64,000 nucleotides of DNA from Nibricoccus sp. (GTDB lineage: Bacteria > Verrucomicrobiota > Verrucomicrobiia > Opitutales > Opitutaceae), in contig JASGHG010000001.1 in NCBI GenBank assembly GCA_047602425.1, positions 4,928,001 through 4,992,000 of the forward strand, written 5' to 3'. Both the position numbers and the translations under genes were made by a program. Positions 48,947 to 59,002 of the stretch are shown here, piece after piece. The notes beneath the pieces were generated by a model. The model was given only the letters and a program-made list of their open reading frames with translations. It was not told the DNA's origin and searched no databases. The first letter of the stretch is position 1. Each line of letters starts with the position of its first letter.

Positions 48947-49107
48947 GCATTTCTGCGATTCGGAACGCTTGAGCCGGCTTTCCAATCGCTCGCCGGTGAC
49001 GCCTTCACTGTCCATTGGGCAAAAAATTTTCCGCAAAAAGGATAATAAACGACAGGGTCGTGCGTTTTATCAGTAGGTACCGCACTTCAACTCAAATCTA
49101 CCCCGCC

Positions 49108-49533
49108 ATGAACTATACCGGCGAAATCCCCGAACTCTCACCTCGGAGAAAAGCGAATGTGCAGATCATACCGTTGATCGACGTCGTTTTCTTCCTGCTC
49201 GCAACATTCGTCCTGTACACCCTGATGCTCAATAAACTCGCGTCGATCCCCGTCACGTTGCCAGTTGGGGATAGCGGCGGCGAACGTGGCCAGCCGCCCC
49301 TGGTACTTCAGGTGACAGACGCCGGCCTCTATTGGGACAAGGAACTGATCACCGAACGCGAACTCCCGGCGCGCCTCGCGATGTATGTTAAGGATTCCAA
49401 GCATCCCCGCATCATGCTCGCGGGCGACAATACCGCGAAATACGGTGCGACGACCGCCGCACTCGACGAGGTGCGCAAAGCCGGCATCAAGGAAGTGTCT
49501 ATCGAAACCGTCTGGCGCGCCACCGGCCGTTGA
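49108..49533 (+). CDS. ExbD/TolR family biopolymer transport protein
   Basis: IIPLIDVVFFLLATF TM helix with conserved Asp; GD..AKYG...LD.VRKAGI..VSI. Confidence 0.9.
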   Translation: MNYTGEIPELSPRRKANVQIIPLIDVVFFLLATFVLYTLMLNKLASIPVTLPVGDSGGERGQPPLVLQVTDAGLYWDKELITERELPARLAMYVKDSKHPRIMLAGDNTAKYGATTAALDEVRKAGIKEVSIETVWRATGR

Positions 49534-49546
49534 CCCGGCGGCCCGT

Positions 49547-49978
49547 TCAATCGCTGTCGGCGCCGAAAAAACGCTGCGCAATCAACATGCCGACCGCCAT
49601 GGCCGGGACAAAAACCAGCGCCTCCATCCGTAACGCGCCGAGACTTGCGATGGCCGGCCCGGGACAAAATCCACTCATGCCCCAACCGACGCCAAAAACA
49701 ATCGAGCCGAGCACAAGACGGCGATCGATCGCTTGAGTCCCCGCTGAAGGCAGAACGCAACCGAACCAGCCCTTACCGGCTGTACGCCGACGCCAAACCA
49801 ACATTCCCAGCCCATACGTGCCAAGGGCGCCCGCCATCACAAATACCAGCGTAGGATCCCAATGCCCGGCGACGTCTAGAAACCCGATCACCCGCGCCGG
49901 ATCGGCCATGCCCGAAAATCCCAGTCCCAGGCCGAAAACCGCACCCGCGACGAGGAGTAAAAACATTCGCGCCTTCAT
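49547..49978 (-). CDS. YeeE/YedE-family (DUF6691-type) sulfur-compound transporter subunit
   Basis: FGLGL..SGM.DP..V.GFLD..G.WDPTL, FGVGWG.SGFCPGP. Start set at MKARM. Confidence 0.85.
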   Translation of the reverse strand: MKARMFLLLVAGAVFGLGLGFSGMADPARVIGFLDVAGHWDPTLVFVMAGALGTYGLGMLVWRRRTAGKGWFGCVLPSAGTQAIDRRLVLGSIVFGVGWGMSGFCPGPAIASLGALRMEALVFVPAMAVGMLIAQRFFGADSD

Positions 49979-50412
49979 GGCAGCAGTCCTCCCGCCACAC
50001 GGTGGAAAATGAACACCGTGAGCATTGCCGTCGCCATGAATAGCAACGTGGCCACCAGCGAATCCCTCGATCCGAGACCCATGCCGCAGACGCCATGCCC
50101 GCTGGTACAGCCTCCGCCCACCCGCGTGCCCACTCCCACCAGTACACCCGCCACCGCCAAAAACGCCAGCGAGCGCACCGGACGAAATGCAGCCGCGTGC
50201 TCGTTGAACCCAATGGCCAAAGCCGCGCCGATAACCAAACCGACAAGAAAAATCACGCGCCATGCCACATCCCCGGCTTCCGCACGGAAAATGCGGCCGA
50301 CGAGCCCTGAGATGCCAGGAATTTTTCCCGTAGCCGCCGAAGCCAGCAAACTGCCGACTCCGATCAGCACGCCACCGACCAAACCGTATACACAAGACTC
50401 AAGAGAGAACAT
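49975..50412 (-). CDS. YeeE/YedE-family sulfur-compound transporter subunit
   Basis: GGVLIG, GKIPGISG, GVLVGVGTRVGGGCTSGHGVCG; 4-nt overlap with its partner. Confidence 0.88.
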   Translation of the reverse strand: MFSLESCVYGLVGGVLIGVGSLLASAATGKIPGISGLVGRIFRAEAGDVAWRVIFLVGLVIGAALAIGFNEHAAAFRPVRSLAFLAVAGVLVGVGTRVGGGCTSGHGVCGMGLGSRDSLVATLLFMATAMLTVFIFHRVAGGLLP

Positions 50413-50640
50413 GCCTCTCGTGTTACCCACAAAACCAGCCGACGCAACCGGTGAGTCGCCGACATCGTTTTCCGTCGACCGGCCGTTTCCGGTTTCATTG
50501 ATCGAGGTAGCGGCAACGCTCCGTATTGCCCTTGGCGGCCAAACATTTTTAGTCCCGCTTCCGGTCAAATAACTACGGAAATTTCTATTGTCTCAAAGAT
50601 TCCGCTCTAGAATGACTCTGCGACTAACTCGTTCGGAGCC

Positions 50641-52083
50641 TCACAGCGACTCGTCGTAAAGGCGTTCGTAAGCGAGCGAGGCGTGGGTCCAGCTGAAGTC
50701 GCGGGCCATGCCTTTTGCCTGGACCGTCGCGTAGGTTTTTTTGTCGGCAAACATTTTCAGCGCGCGGTCGAGGCCATGGCGCAGCCCCTGGCTGGTCGGG
50801 GGAAACGTGATGCCGGTGCCCGCCGCAGGGTCTGTGCCGGCATCGATTACCGTGTCGTAAAGTCCGCCCACGCGGCTCACGAGCGGAACGGTGCCGTAGG
50901 CTTGCGAGTACATCTGATTCAGGCCGCAGGGCTCGAAAAGCGAGGGCATCAGGAAAAAGTCGCTGCCTGCCTCGAGCACATGGCTCATCGTCTCGTCGAG
51001 GCGAGCCATGAGGGCGACTTTCGCCGGAGCATTGGCGGCGAGTTCGCGCAACGCCTTTTCGAAACGTGCGTCGCCCGTGCCGAGGACAATGAGGCGACAG
51101 TCGTTCTTCACGAAGAAGTCGGCGTTGGAAAGCACCAGGTCGATGCCTTTTTGTTCGGTCAGGCGGCAGACCATGCCGAAAACCGGGGCTTTTGTCTCGG
51201 GATCGAAGCCGGCGCGGGTCAGGAGTTCCGTGCGGCATTTGGCCTTGCCGGAAAGATCGGCGGCCGTGTAGCGCGCAGGCAGATGTTCGTCGACGGCGGG
51301 ATTCCATACGGCCGTGTCGATGCCGTTGACCAAGCCAACGATGTCCTCGGACCGTGTGCCGATCACACCATCGAGGCCGCAGCCGAACTGCGGGGTCTGA
51401 ATCTCCTGGGCATAACGCGGGCTTACCGTGGTGACGCGATCGGCGAAAAGAATGCCGGCCTTCATGAAGTTCATTTGGCCGTAATATTCGAGACCATCGA
51501 TGCTCATGAGTTCGTCCGGGAGATTGGTTCGGTAAAACGAACGCATCGGAAACAAGCCCTGAAAAGCGATGTTGTGAATGGTGAACACGGTTTTCAGCGC
51601 GAGCATGGTTCCGTGCCTTTGTTCGGCATGGCGAAGCAGCGCCGGCAGCAACGCCGTCTGCCAATCGTGGCAGTGCACGATGTCGGCGCGGAGATTTTCC
51701 ATCTGCAGCGTGGCAACGACGCCTTTGCAAAAGAAAATGTAACGGTTTTGGTTATCCTCGAAGTCGCGTTCGCCGGTGCCGTAGATACCCTTGCGGTCAA
51801 AATACTCCTCGCGGCAAACGATGTAGATTTTGAGATTCTTTTTTGGGGAAAACATGCGGACCTCGCCGCTGGCGAAAGAATCGCCGAGTTCGATTTTGAG
51901 CTTCAGGAGGCGCTCGGCGCCTGCGGCGAGCTTATGGTCGAGCACCGCGCGATAGCCCGGAACGAAAACCGCGACTTCGTGCCCTCTGTCCGCCAGAGTA
52001 CTGCTGAGCGCGCCAACAGCGTCGGCCAAACCGCCAGTCTTTACGTAAGGAAACAGCTCGCTGGCTGCGTGAACGATTTTCAT
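50641..52083 (-). CDS. glgA: Glycogen synthase (GT5)
   Basis: KTGGLAD, HCHDWQ, TIHN, NGID, RLTEQKG, MPSLFEPCGLNQ. Confidence 0.96.
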   Translation of the reverse strand: MKIVHAASELFPYVKTGGLADAVGALSSTLADRGHEVAVFVPGYRAVLDHKLAAGAERLLKLKIELGDSFASGEVRMFSPKKNLKIYIVCREEYFDRKGIYGTGERDFEDNQNRYIFFCKGVVATLQMENLRADIVHCHDWQTALLPALLRHAEQRHGTMLALKTVFTIHNIAFQGLFPMRSFYRTNLPDELMSIDGLEYYGQMNFMKAGILFADRVTTVSPRYAQEIQTPQFGCGLDGVIGTRSEDIVGLVNGIDTAVWNPAVDEHLPARYTAADLSGKAKCRTELLTRAGFDPETKAPVFGMVCRLTEQKGIDLVLSNADFFVKNDCRLIVLGTGDARFEKALRELAANAPAKVALMARLDETMSHVLEAGSDFFLMPSLFEPCGLNQMYSQAYGTVPLVSRVGGLYDTVIDAGTDPAAGTGITFPPTSQGLRHGLDRALKMFADKKTYATVQAKGMARDFSWTHASLAYERLYDESL

Positions 52084-52333
52084 CGCGCCGAACTTGGCAA
52101 TAACCCCGCCCGTTTCCAACTCCAAAGCTGCGATGGGGATGGCCCCCTGTGAGTTTGCATTTCCAACCTTAAACCGCCTTGTCCTTTAGGGGGGCGCTCA
52201 CAGCGCTGCTTGGTTAGTTTTTTTGTATGAGTCGAGACCCAGCGCTCGCAGTGGTATAAGTGGGATTGCGCCTTCATATTCTTTCCATTCCCCTACATCG
52301 TTCCATCAAAAAGCTGCACCTGCGTCCTCCGAC

Positions 52334-54574
52334 ATGAAACTTCGCGAACGTCTTCTCGCTCACCTGCAACAGCCCGGTTATTCTCCGGTCAACGCTGTCG
52401 ATCTTGGACGGCAGCTCGGCTTGAAGAAAAGCGAGCGCAAGTCCCTCGCGCATGAGGTGCGGCTGCTGCTTTCGAAAGGTGAACTCCGCCTGGTCAAAGG
52501 CGACCGTCTCGCACTTCCTGCGGAACTGGATGAGCTCGTCGGCAAGATTATGTTCCGCCAAGGCGGTTCCGCGTATTTCCAGCCCGACACCGAACTGGGC
52601 GAAAGCGTCGATCCGATCCAAATCTCTCCCGAAGATACCGGCGTCGCTCTCCATGGCGACCGCGTCGCCGTGGCCGTCAATGCGGCGCTCCAGCGTCGCC
52701 GCGACGGTTATGGTACCGAGCAAACCGGCCGCGTTATTCGCGTGATTTCGCGTGCGCGCGACACGGTTGTCGGCACGCTCCAAAAAATCCGCAGTTCTCA
52801 TTACGTGCGGCCCGACGATCCGCGTTTCTTCCAGGAAATCGTCGTGCCCGATCCGGCGACCGGCGTGGTAAAACCCTCTCCTACCGTCGGCGACAAGGTC
52901 GTGGTTAAACTTTCCGAATGGAAAACGCGCAACAAACCGCTCGAAGGCCAGATCGTCGAAAAACTTGGCCGCACCTTCGAACCCTGTGCCGAACTGGCCG
53001 GTATCTACCATAAGTACAACCTCGACAAAAACTTCCCGGCCGCAGTCGAGCGCGAGGTCGCTGCGTTTGCCGATCATGTGCGCCCCGGCGAATTGGTGGG
53101 CCGTCTCGACTACCGCGAGATACCGACGTTCACGATCGATCCGGACGATGCGAAGGATTTCGACGATGCACTTTCGCTCGAGACGCTCGACGGCGGCGAC
53201 GTTCGCGTCGGCGTGCACATTGCCGATGTCAGTGCCTACGTGAAAACCGGCACCGCCCTCGATCGCGAGGCCCATGATCGCGGCAATTCCACCTACCTCG
53301 TCGGTACCGTCGTACCGATGCTGCCGGAAAAACTTTCCAACGGTCTTTGCTCGCTCGTCGAAGCTCAGGACAGGTTGTGCAAGGCTGTCTTCCTCGTCTT
53401 CGACAAAAAATCTCGCCTGAAGGAAACGACCTTCGCCAATACCGTCATTCGCAGTCGCAAACGCCTCACCTATCGCCAGGCCTACGCACTGCTTTTCGAA
53501 AACAACCTCGAAAAAATTCGCGCGTTGCCGTTGCCGCCGAAACATCAGACCGGTTCCACCGGCCGCGCGCTCAGCTCGCTAACCGATCTCGAACTCGTCG
53601 ACCTGCAAAGCTGGATCCGAAAACTCTGGGCCATCGCCAGCCGTATGCGTGCCGACCGCATGCATCATGGCAGCCTCGATCTCGACATGCCGGAGACGAA
53701 AATCTTCGTCGATGAGGAAGGTTATGCTGACCGCCTGGAGAAGATCGTCAACGACGAGAGTCACCAGCTGATCGAGGAATTCATGCTTGCGGCCAACGAA
53801 GCCCTCGCCCGCCTTACGCGCACAAACCAGTTGCCATCGATCTATCGCGTACACGACGAACCCGACAAGGACCGTCTCAACGAATTTCGGCAGCTGCTTT
53901 CCAGTTTTGACATTCAAGTCGGCGATCTCACCGTGCGCGAGGAGATGGTTCGGTTGATTGAAATTCTCGATAAACATCCCCAGGGTTACACGTTGCGAAC
54001 GCAACTCCTCCGCAGTCTGCGCAAGGCCTGTTATCGCGGTACGCCGGACGGGCATTACGGCCTGCACAAAAAAGATTACACGCACTTCACCTCCCCCATC
54101 CGGCGCTACGCCGATCTCATCGTGCATCGCGTGCTCGATTATTATCTGATCAAACACGCCGGGCATCCCGCACCTTCGGGCTACCGCTTCGAATACTCGG
54201 CGGGGCGCATGGACACCCTCGGCGAACACCTGAGCCTGACCGAGGTCAACAGCGCCGAGGCCGAACGCGAAAGCGTTAAGATCAAGCTCGTGGAATTCTT
54301 CGAGCGCGAAGTCTCGAAGAAACAAAAGACGCGCTTCGAAGCGGTGGTCACCGATGTGCGTTCCGGCGGCTTCTTTGTCGAGTTGGTCGAGTCGATGACA
54401 TTTGGTTATGTCTCGGCCAATGCTCTTGTTGACGACCACTACACGATGAACAACGCCGGCACCGCGCTCATCGGTCGTCGCCACAAGAAACGCTACGAAC
54501 TCAATGGCCGCATCTCCGTCGTCGTCGATAAGGTCGATCGTTTCAAACGCCTGATCGATTTTCGTCCGGCTTGA
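52334..54574 (+). CDS. rnr: Ribonuclease R (RNB family)
   Basis: TIDPDDAKDFDDA, HIADVS, RGNSTY, IEEFMLAAN, YTHFTSPIRRYADL, C-terminal S1. Confidence 0.93.
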   Translation: MKLRERLLAHLQQPGYSPVNAVDLGRQLGLKKSERKSLAHEVRLLLSKGELRLVKGDRLALPAELDELVGKIMFRQGGSAYFQPDTELGESVDPIQISPEDTGVALHGDRVAVAVNAALQRRRDGYGTEQTGRVIRVISRARDTVVGTLQKIRSSHYVRPDDPRFFQEIVVPDPATGVVKPSPTVGDKVVVKLSEWKTRNKPLEGQIVEKLGRTFEPCAELAGIYHKYNLDKNFPAAVEREVAAFADHVRPGELVGRLDYREIPTFTIDPDDAKDFDDALSLETLDGGDVRVGVHIADVSAYVKTGTALDREAHDRGNSTYLVGTVVPMLPEKLSNGLCSLVEAQDRLCKAVFLVFDKKSRLKETTFANTVIRSRKRLTYRQAYALLFENNLEKIRALPLPPKHQTGSTGRALSSLTDLELVDLQSWIRKLWAIASRMRADRMHHGSLDLDMPETKIFVDEEGYADRLEKIVNDESHQLIEEFMLAANEALARLTRTNQLPSIYRVHDEPDKDRLNEFRQLLSSFDIQVGDLTVREEMVRLIEILDKHPQGYTLRTQLLRSLRKACYRGTPDGHYGLHKKDYTHFTSPIRRYADLIVHRVLDYYLIKHAGHPAPSGYRFEYSAGRMDTLGEHLSLTEVNSAEAERESVKIKLVEFFEREVSKKQKTRFEAVVTDVRSGGFFVELVESMTFGYVSANALVDDHYTMNNAGTALIGRRHKKRYELNGRISVVVDKVDRFKRLIDFRPA

Positions 54575-55196
54575 GGACGCGGGCGCTTTCGACTTTCGCC
54601 GCTTTCGGAGAATTTGTCGGTATCGTATAGTTTTTTATTCCCAGTTGCTCAAACTGCGGGATGACGTGCGTCTGGTAACAGTCCGGACAGATTGAATGGC
54701 TGAAGCCGGCACCCGTGCGCTCCGCAATGTAGCTCTCGATGCGCTGCCAATAGTTTTGGTCATCGCGTATGTTTTTGCAGTAACTACAGATCGGGATGAG
54801 GGCCTCGAGTTTTTGGATCTGGGTGGTGTATTGGAGAATACGCTCGGCCACGTGGAGACGCATTTTCAGTTCCTCGACGTCGACCGGCTTGGAAAGAAAA
54901 TCGTCGACCCCGGCTTCCATGGCGTTGTCGCGGTTGGCGCTCGTCGCCTCGGCGCCGGTGAGTAAGATAAAATAAATGTAGTCGCCCGGCCGGAAACGTA
55001 CGCGACGGCACAAGTCCAGACCATCGACTTTGGGCATACTCCAGTCGCAGACCACCACGCGGCAGCCGCTCTCGTGCAATTGATCCCAAGCCTCCGCGCC
55101 ATTAGAGGCCGTGATCACTTCATGGCCGAGCATAAGGAGCGCATCCTCGAGAATAGCCAGGGCAACCGGGTCGTCTTCCACTGCGATTATCTTCAT
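54543..55196 (-). CDS. Response regulator: REC domain plus short Cys/His-rich C-terminal module
   Basis: VEDD, CDWSMP, DDFLSKP; tail PICSYCKNIRD...W...SHSICPDC. Confidence 0.88.
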   Translation of the reverse strand: MKIIAVEDDPVALAILEDALLMLGHEVITASNGAEAWDQLHESGCRVVVCDWSMPKVDGLDLCRRVRFRPGDYIYFILLTGAEATSANRDNAMEAGVDDFLSKPVDVEELKMRLHVAERILQYTTQIQKLEALIPICSYCKNIRDDQNYWQRIESYIAERTGAGFSHSICPDCYQTHVIPQFEQLGIKNYTIPTNSPKAAKVESARVLKPDENRSGV

Positions 55197-55376
55197 GTTT
55201 TCAGTTCTACCCTGCTACTATCGACCCATCCAAAACACAGTTAAGCGCATCCCTCAAAGGGAACCGCCTTCACAACCCTAATCCTCAGCCCAACCGCAAC
55301 ATCAACGACTGGCAAAATCTCCGTTTGCCTTTACCGTCATTCCTGAATTCTTAATTTTCTTTCTTCTCGGAGCATT

Positions 55377-55934
55377 ATGAAACATTACGACTTTCAGAAA
55401 AACTTTCGCGCCCTCTACGACAAAACAGTTGAACTCTACGCCAAGGGTCAACGCGACCCAGCCGCCTGCTTCACCTCCGACGAAAAAGCCTTCCTCGCCG
55501 AAAACGGGCTCACCCCGCAGGCCATGTTCGACTACGCAGAGGACCACAATAAATACGGTGAACCCGGCCTCGATTTCGCCCTCGGCATCGAGACTATCCG
55601 CCGCGATTATTTCCTGCTGGAACAACTGGGTATGCCTTCGACCGTCTTGCTCGACGAAACAAAATTACCCGCCAAGACCGAGTCCATCCGTGGCGTCGAA
55701 TGGCTTCCCCGGATTATTCCCAAGGCCAAAGCCAAGCTGCGCGGCGAACTTCCGTCCTCGCTGATGTACTGTTGCGGCGGTGATCGGAAATTCCTCAAGG
55801 CGAACGATATCAATCCCGTTGAATTTCTCGGCGTTATCCGGCAGTTCGAGAAAAACGATTCCGCCATCATTGATTGGGTCGTGCGTCGAAGCGCCACCGG
55901 CAAAGCCGCGCCCCGACCCAATTGGGATCGCTAA
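55377..55934 (+). CDS. DUF5069-like protein
   Basis: GVEWLPRIIPKAKAKLRGELP...YCCGGDRKFL; coding-like codon usage. Confidence 0.7.
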   Translation: MKHYDFQKNFRALYDKTVELYAKGQRDPAACFTSDEKAFLAENGLTPQAMFDYAEDHNKYGEPGLDFALGIETIRRDYFLLEQLGMPSTVLLDETKLPAKTESIRGVEWLPRIIPKAKAKLRGELPSSLMYCCGGDRKFLKANDINPVEFLGVIRQFEKNDSAIIDWVVRRSATGKAAPRPNWDR

Positions 55935-55977
55935 ACAGACCGCCGCAGGCCCCCGACGACAGGTCGTAAGTCGTACG

Positions 55978-57516
55978 CTAAAAAGCCTTTCTCGAGCCTA
56001 CTGCGCGCAGATCGAGCACCACGTCGTAGATACCGGGTGGCGGAGGCTTCTCGCCCGACACCATGTGATCAAGCGACTTCACCGTTGGCGTTCCCGGACG
56101 GGCTTCCATGAAAAGCAACTTCATCATTTCCTTCGGCACCCAGTCTGAATCCGTCGACAACGAACCGAACTCGTCGCTGTACAACAAGTGAGCCGGCGCG
56201 ATCTCCGGCGTTGGCGTTATCACATAGACCTTTTGGTCCCGGGTCACATCCAGCTTCTTCATTTCCGAGCGGATCATTTCAAGCTCTTCGTGCTGCGGCA
56301 CGGCAATCAACTCGTACGCTTGTCTGCGTGCCAACAGAGCCGCCAGCACCACGACGATCACGCTCAGCATACCGCGCGCTCGTTTCACGATTGGAAAGTT
56401 CTCTGCCACCATCCCCATTGAAGCGGCCACATATACTAGGATAACCCCCGCAAGTGGATAGATTGTCCGGTAGCTGGCCCAGCGTTCCGAAACCATCAGG
56501 TTGATACCATGCGATCCGATCAAAAGGAACACCAGTCCGACGAACCAAACCAAACCTTCCCGCCAACCACGACGCCGGAAAACCAGAAGGCCTCCGATCC
56601 CGATCAGTACCGAGGTGGCGGTGACCGCGAGCCCGTACCAAGGCTGGGTGCGACCTTGAAAATCGTTGAGTACCAGCAAGGCCAAGCCATTGGGCAGCGA
56701 ATTTTTCGCGAACCAGAGCAATTTGCCCAGCGGATCGTGCTCGAATGCCACCCGCTTTGACATCGGCAGCCATTCCAACGCGAACGCCCCCCGAATCAAC
56801 GCGTAGGCCGTCAGCATACCCGCACCCAGCAAAAACAAATGTTGAATCAAGCGATAACGCGGCGCCGGTTGCAGCACCTCGCCGCGACGAACCACTTTCA
56901 CTGCTACAAACACCAGGTAGAAAAGTCCGTTTGGCTGATAGACCCACGCGCTCGCAATCACCAGGAGGCCTGCCAGCAGGCAAAGCCAGAATTGTTTCCA
57001 GGAAAGTCCCTCCGACGCCCTGAACCCGTTTTCCGCCACGACGAAAGCCGTCAGCGACAGTAAAGCGGAGATAAGATACGGCCAGACGATTGCCCAACCA
57101 GCCACCACCTGCACCGAAGGCAAGACGGTCAAAATTGCGCCCACACACGCGGCAGTCAGCAGCGACCAGCGATGCAATCTCACCAACACTTGGAAAACAC
57201 ACGCGCCCAGCACACCGGTAAAAAACGACCCCAGCAGACGGGGCCAGGCCAGATCGCTTATCGTCCTCAGCGGCATGAACGTCGCCTGCTGCAACCAGCC
57301 AAATATGGGGCGCGCGTGCGATCCGCAAAATTGCTCGATCATCCGCGGTTCCTGCTGCGCTTCCCGCAAAACGCCGTAATCGTCTCGCAATCCAAACTCC
57401 GCCCAGGTGGTGTTCCAATAAAGGCACACGGGGAACAATATCAAAGCAATAGAGCCAAGCCACAACCATCCGCGCAACGGTAGGCCAACGCCTAGAATGG
57501 TTTTCGTTTTATGCAT
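55978..57516 (-). CDS. Polytopic GT-C-like (GtrII-type) glycosyltransferase
   Basis: First-loop DDY and ARP motifs, YQ motif, about 10 TM helices, soluble C-terminal tail. Confidence 0.6.
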   Translation of the reverse strand: MHKTKTILGVGLPLRGWLWLGSIALILFPVCLYWNTTWAEFGLRDDYGVLREAQQEPRMIEQFCGSHARPIFGWLQQATFMPLRTISDLAWPRLLGSFFTGVLGACVFQVLVRLHRWSLLTAACVGAILTVLPSVQVVAGWAIVWPYLISALLSLTAFVVAENGFRASEGLSWKQFWLCLLAGLLVIASAWVYQPNGLFYLVFVAVKVVRRGEVLQPAPRYRLIQHLFLLGAGMLTAYALIRGAFALEWLPMSKRVAFEHDPLGKLLWFAKNSLPNGLALLVLNDFQGRTQPWYGLAVTATSVLIGIGGLLVFRRRGWREGLVWFVGLVFLLIGSHGINLMVSERWASYRTIYPLAGVILVYVAASMGMVAENFPIVKRARGMLSVIVVVLAALLARRQAYELIAVPQHEELEMIRSEMKKLDVTRDQKVYVITPTPEIAPAHLLYSDEFGSLSTDSDWVPKEMMKLLFMEARPGTPTVKSLDHMVSGEKPPPPGIYDVVLDLRAVGSRKAF

Positions 57517-57708
57517 CGTGCGCGGAAATGAATTCGTGATTTCAAATCGCACTGGCTCTCCGACAATCATCAAGAATATTCATACTTCGCGTTGCGCACT
57601 TCGTTGCCGACAGCCTTGGATTTGTGTTGCTGACAGGCCGGACATTTCGACTACAACCATGGCGAAGCATCCATCAAAACCTCACACCGGACTGAACTCT
57701 TCCCCAAC

Positions 57709-58137
57709 ATGACCCTGAAAGTTAAGCGCCTCGATCCCGCCGCGAAATTGCCCGTACGCACCACCAGCGGAGCCAGTTGTTTCGATATTCACGCGTTGGA
57801 AGGCGGCACGATCCCGGCCAAATCCCGCGGTTTCATTCGCACCGGCATCGCCGTCGCGGTCGAAAAAGGTTTTGAGGTGCAAGTTCGTTCACGCAGCGGA
57901 CTCGCGTTGAAACAAGGAATTTTCGTGCTCAATTCGCCCGGCACCGTCGACTCCGACTACCGCGGCGAAGTCGGCATCATTTTAATGAATCTCGGTGACG
58001 ACATTTTCACTTACAAAGCCGGTGATCGCATTGCACAACTCGGCGTTTATCCCGTGGTCATGTGCGACGCGCAACTCGTCGATTCGCTTGACGATACCGC
58101 GCGGAGCGCCGGCGGTTTCGGTAGCACTGGCCGTTAA
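57709..58137 (+). CDS. dut: dUTP pyrophosphatase
   Basis: CFDI, RSRSG, GTVDSDYRGE, GDRIAQL, RSAGGFGSTG. Confidence 0.97.
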   Translation: MTLKVKRLDPAAKLPVRTTSGASCFDIHALEGGTIPAKSRGFIRTGIAVAVEKGFEVQVRSRSGLALKQGIFVLNSPGTVDSDYRGEVGIILMNLGDDIFTYKAGDRIAQLGVYPVVMCDAQLVDSLDDTARSAGGFGSTGR

Positions 58138-58205
58138 GTTGCTTTTCGCGGCGGCGCGCGTTTCCATTCGCCGCGCGTGATTTTTCGCCCCAGCCTCGTC
58201 TCCAC

Positions 58206-58799
58206 GTGCTTGCCATTCTAAAAATCGTCGGAATCGCCGCGGTCATGTTTGCCGCAACCAACGCGGACGATCTGGTGCTGCTCACGCTTTTTTTTACGCA
58301 AGCCGGTTGCTCCCCACGCCAGATTGTTTTCGGGCAGCTGATCGGAATCGGAGCGCTTGTCGCAATCAGCCTCGTTGCCGCCGCGCTGGCTTTAGCGGTG
58401 CCACATGGTTGGCTGCCCTGGCTCGGAGTCATCCCCATCTTGATTGGACTGCAATGGCTGCGTCGTCCCGCTCACAGTGACGATCAGTCGGCACCGGTCG
58501 CCCTGCGTTGGTGGAGCATCGCCGGAATCACCATCGCCAATGGCGCCGATAATCTTGGGGTTTATACTCCGCAGTTTGCGATCCAGTCAGCTTTCGAAAA
58601 AACAATCACCATCGCGTCGTTTTTCGTGCTCACACTTGTCTGGTGCGGTCTCGCGTGGCTGGCGGTGCGTCATCCGTCGCTCAATCCTGTCATCAGCCGC
58701 GTGTGCCGCAAAGCCGCGCCTTGGGTCCTGATCGGCCTCGGCTTATGGATCATGGCGCAACATCCAATCTTTGGCCTTATTTCCGCCAGCGCGGCGTAG
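58206..58799 (+). CDS. CadD-family (cadmium resistance/LysE superfamily) transporter
   Basis: FAATNADDL, GQLIG, LGVIPILIG, TIANGADNLGVYTP. Confidence 0.88.
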   Translation: MLAILKIVGIAAVMFAATNADDLVLLTLFFTQAGCSPRQIVFGQLIGIGALVAISLVAAALALAVPHGWLPWLGVIPILIGLQWLRRPAHSDDQSAPVALRWWSIAGITIANGADNLGVYTPQFAIQSAFEKTITIASFFVLTLVWCGLAWLAVRHPSLNPVISRVCRKAAPWVLIGLGLWIMAQHPIFGLISASAA

Positions 58800-59002
58800 A
58801 CGTTTCTGCCGGTCTTTATTTCACGGTATTTCACAGTGCGATCTTGCCGGAATACGCCCACAATATCATGTAGGTTTCCGTCGTCTTCACTTGCCGCGGT
58901 GCGTTCGTTGTGAAGATTTATCTCTGTAATTTTGCTTTTCGCGAAACCTGTCTGTCACCTTGCCGTCATTCCGGCACACCCGTTCAATCGCCTCCCCTTC
59001 CC

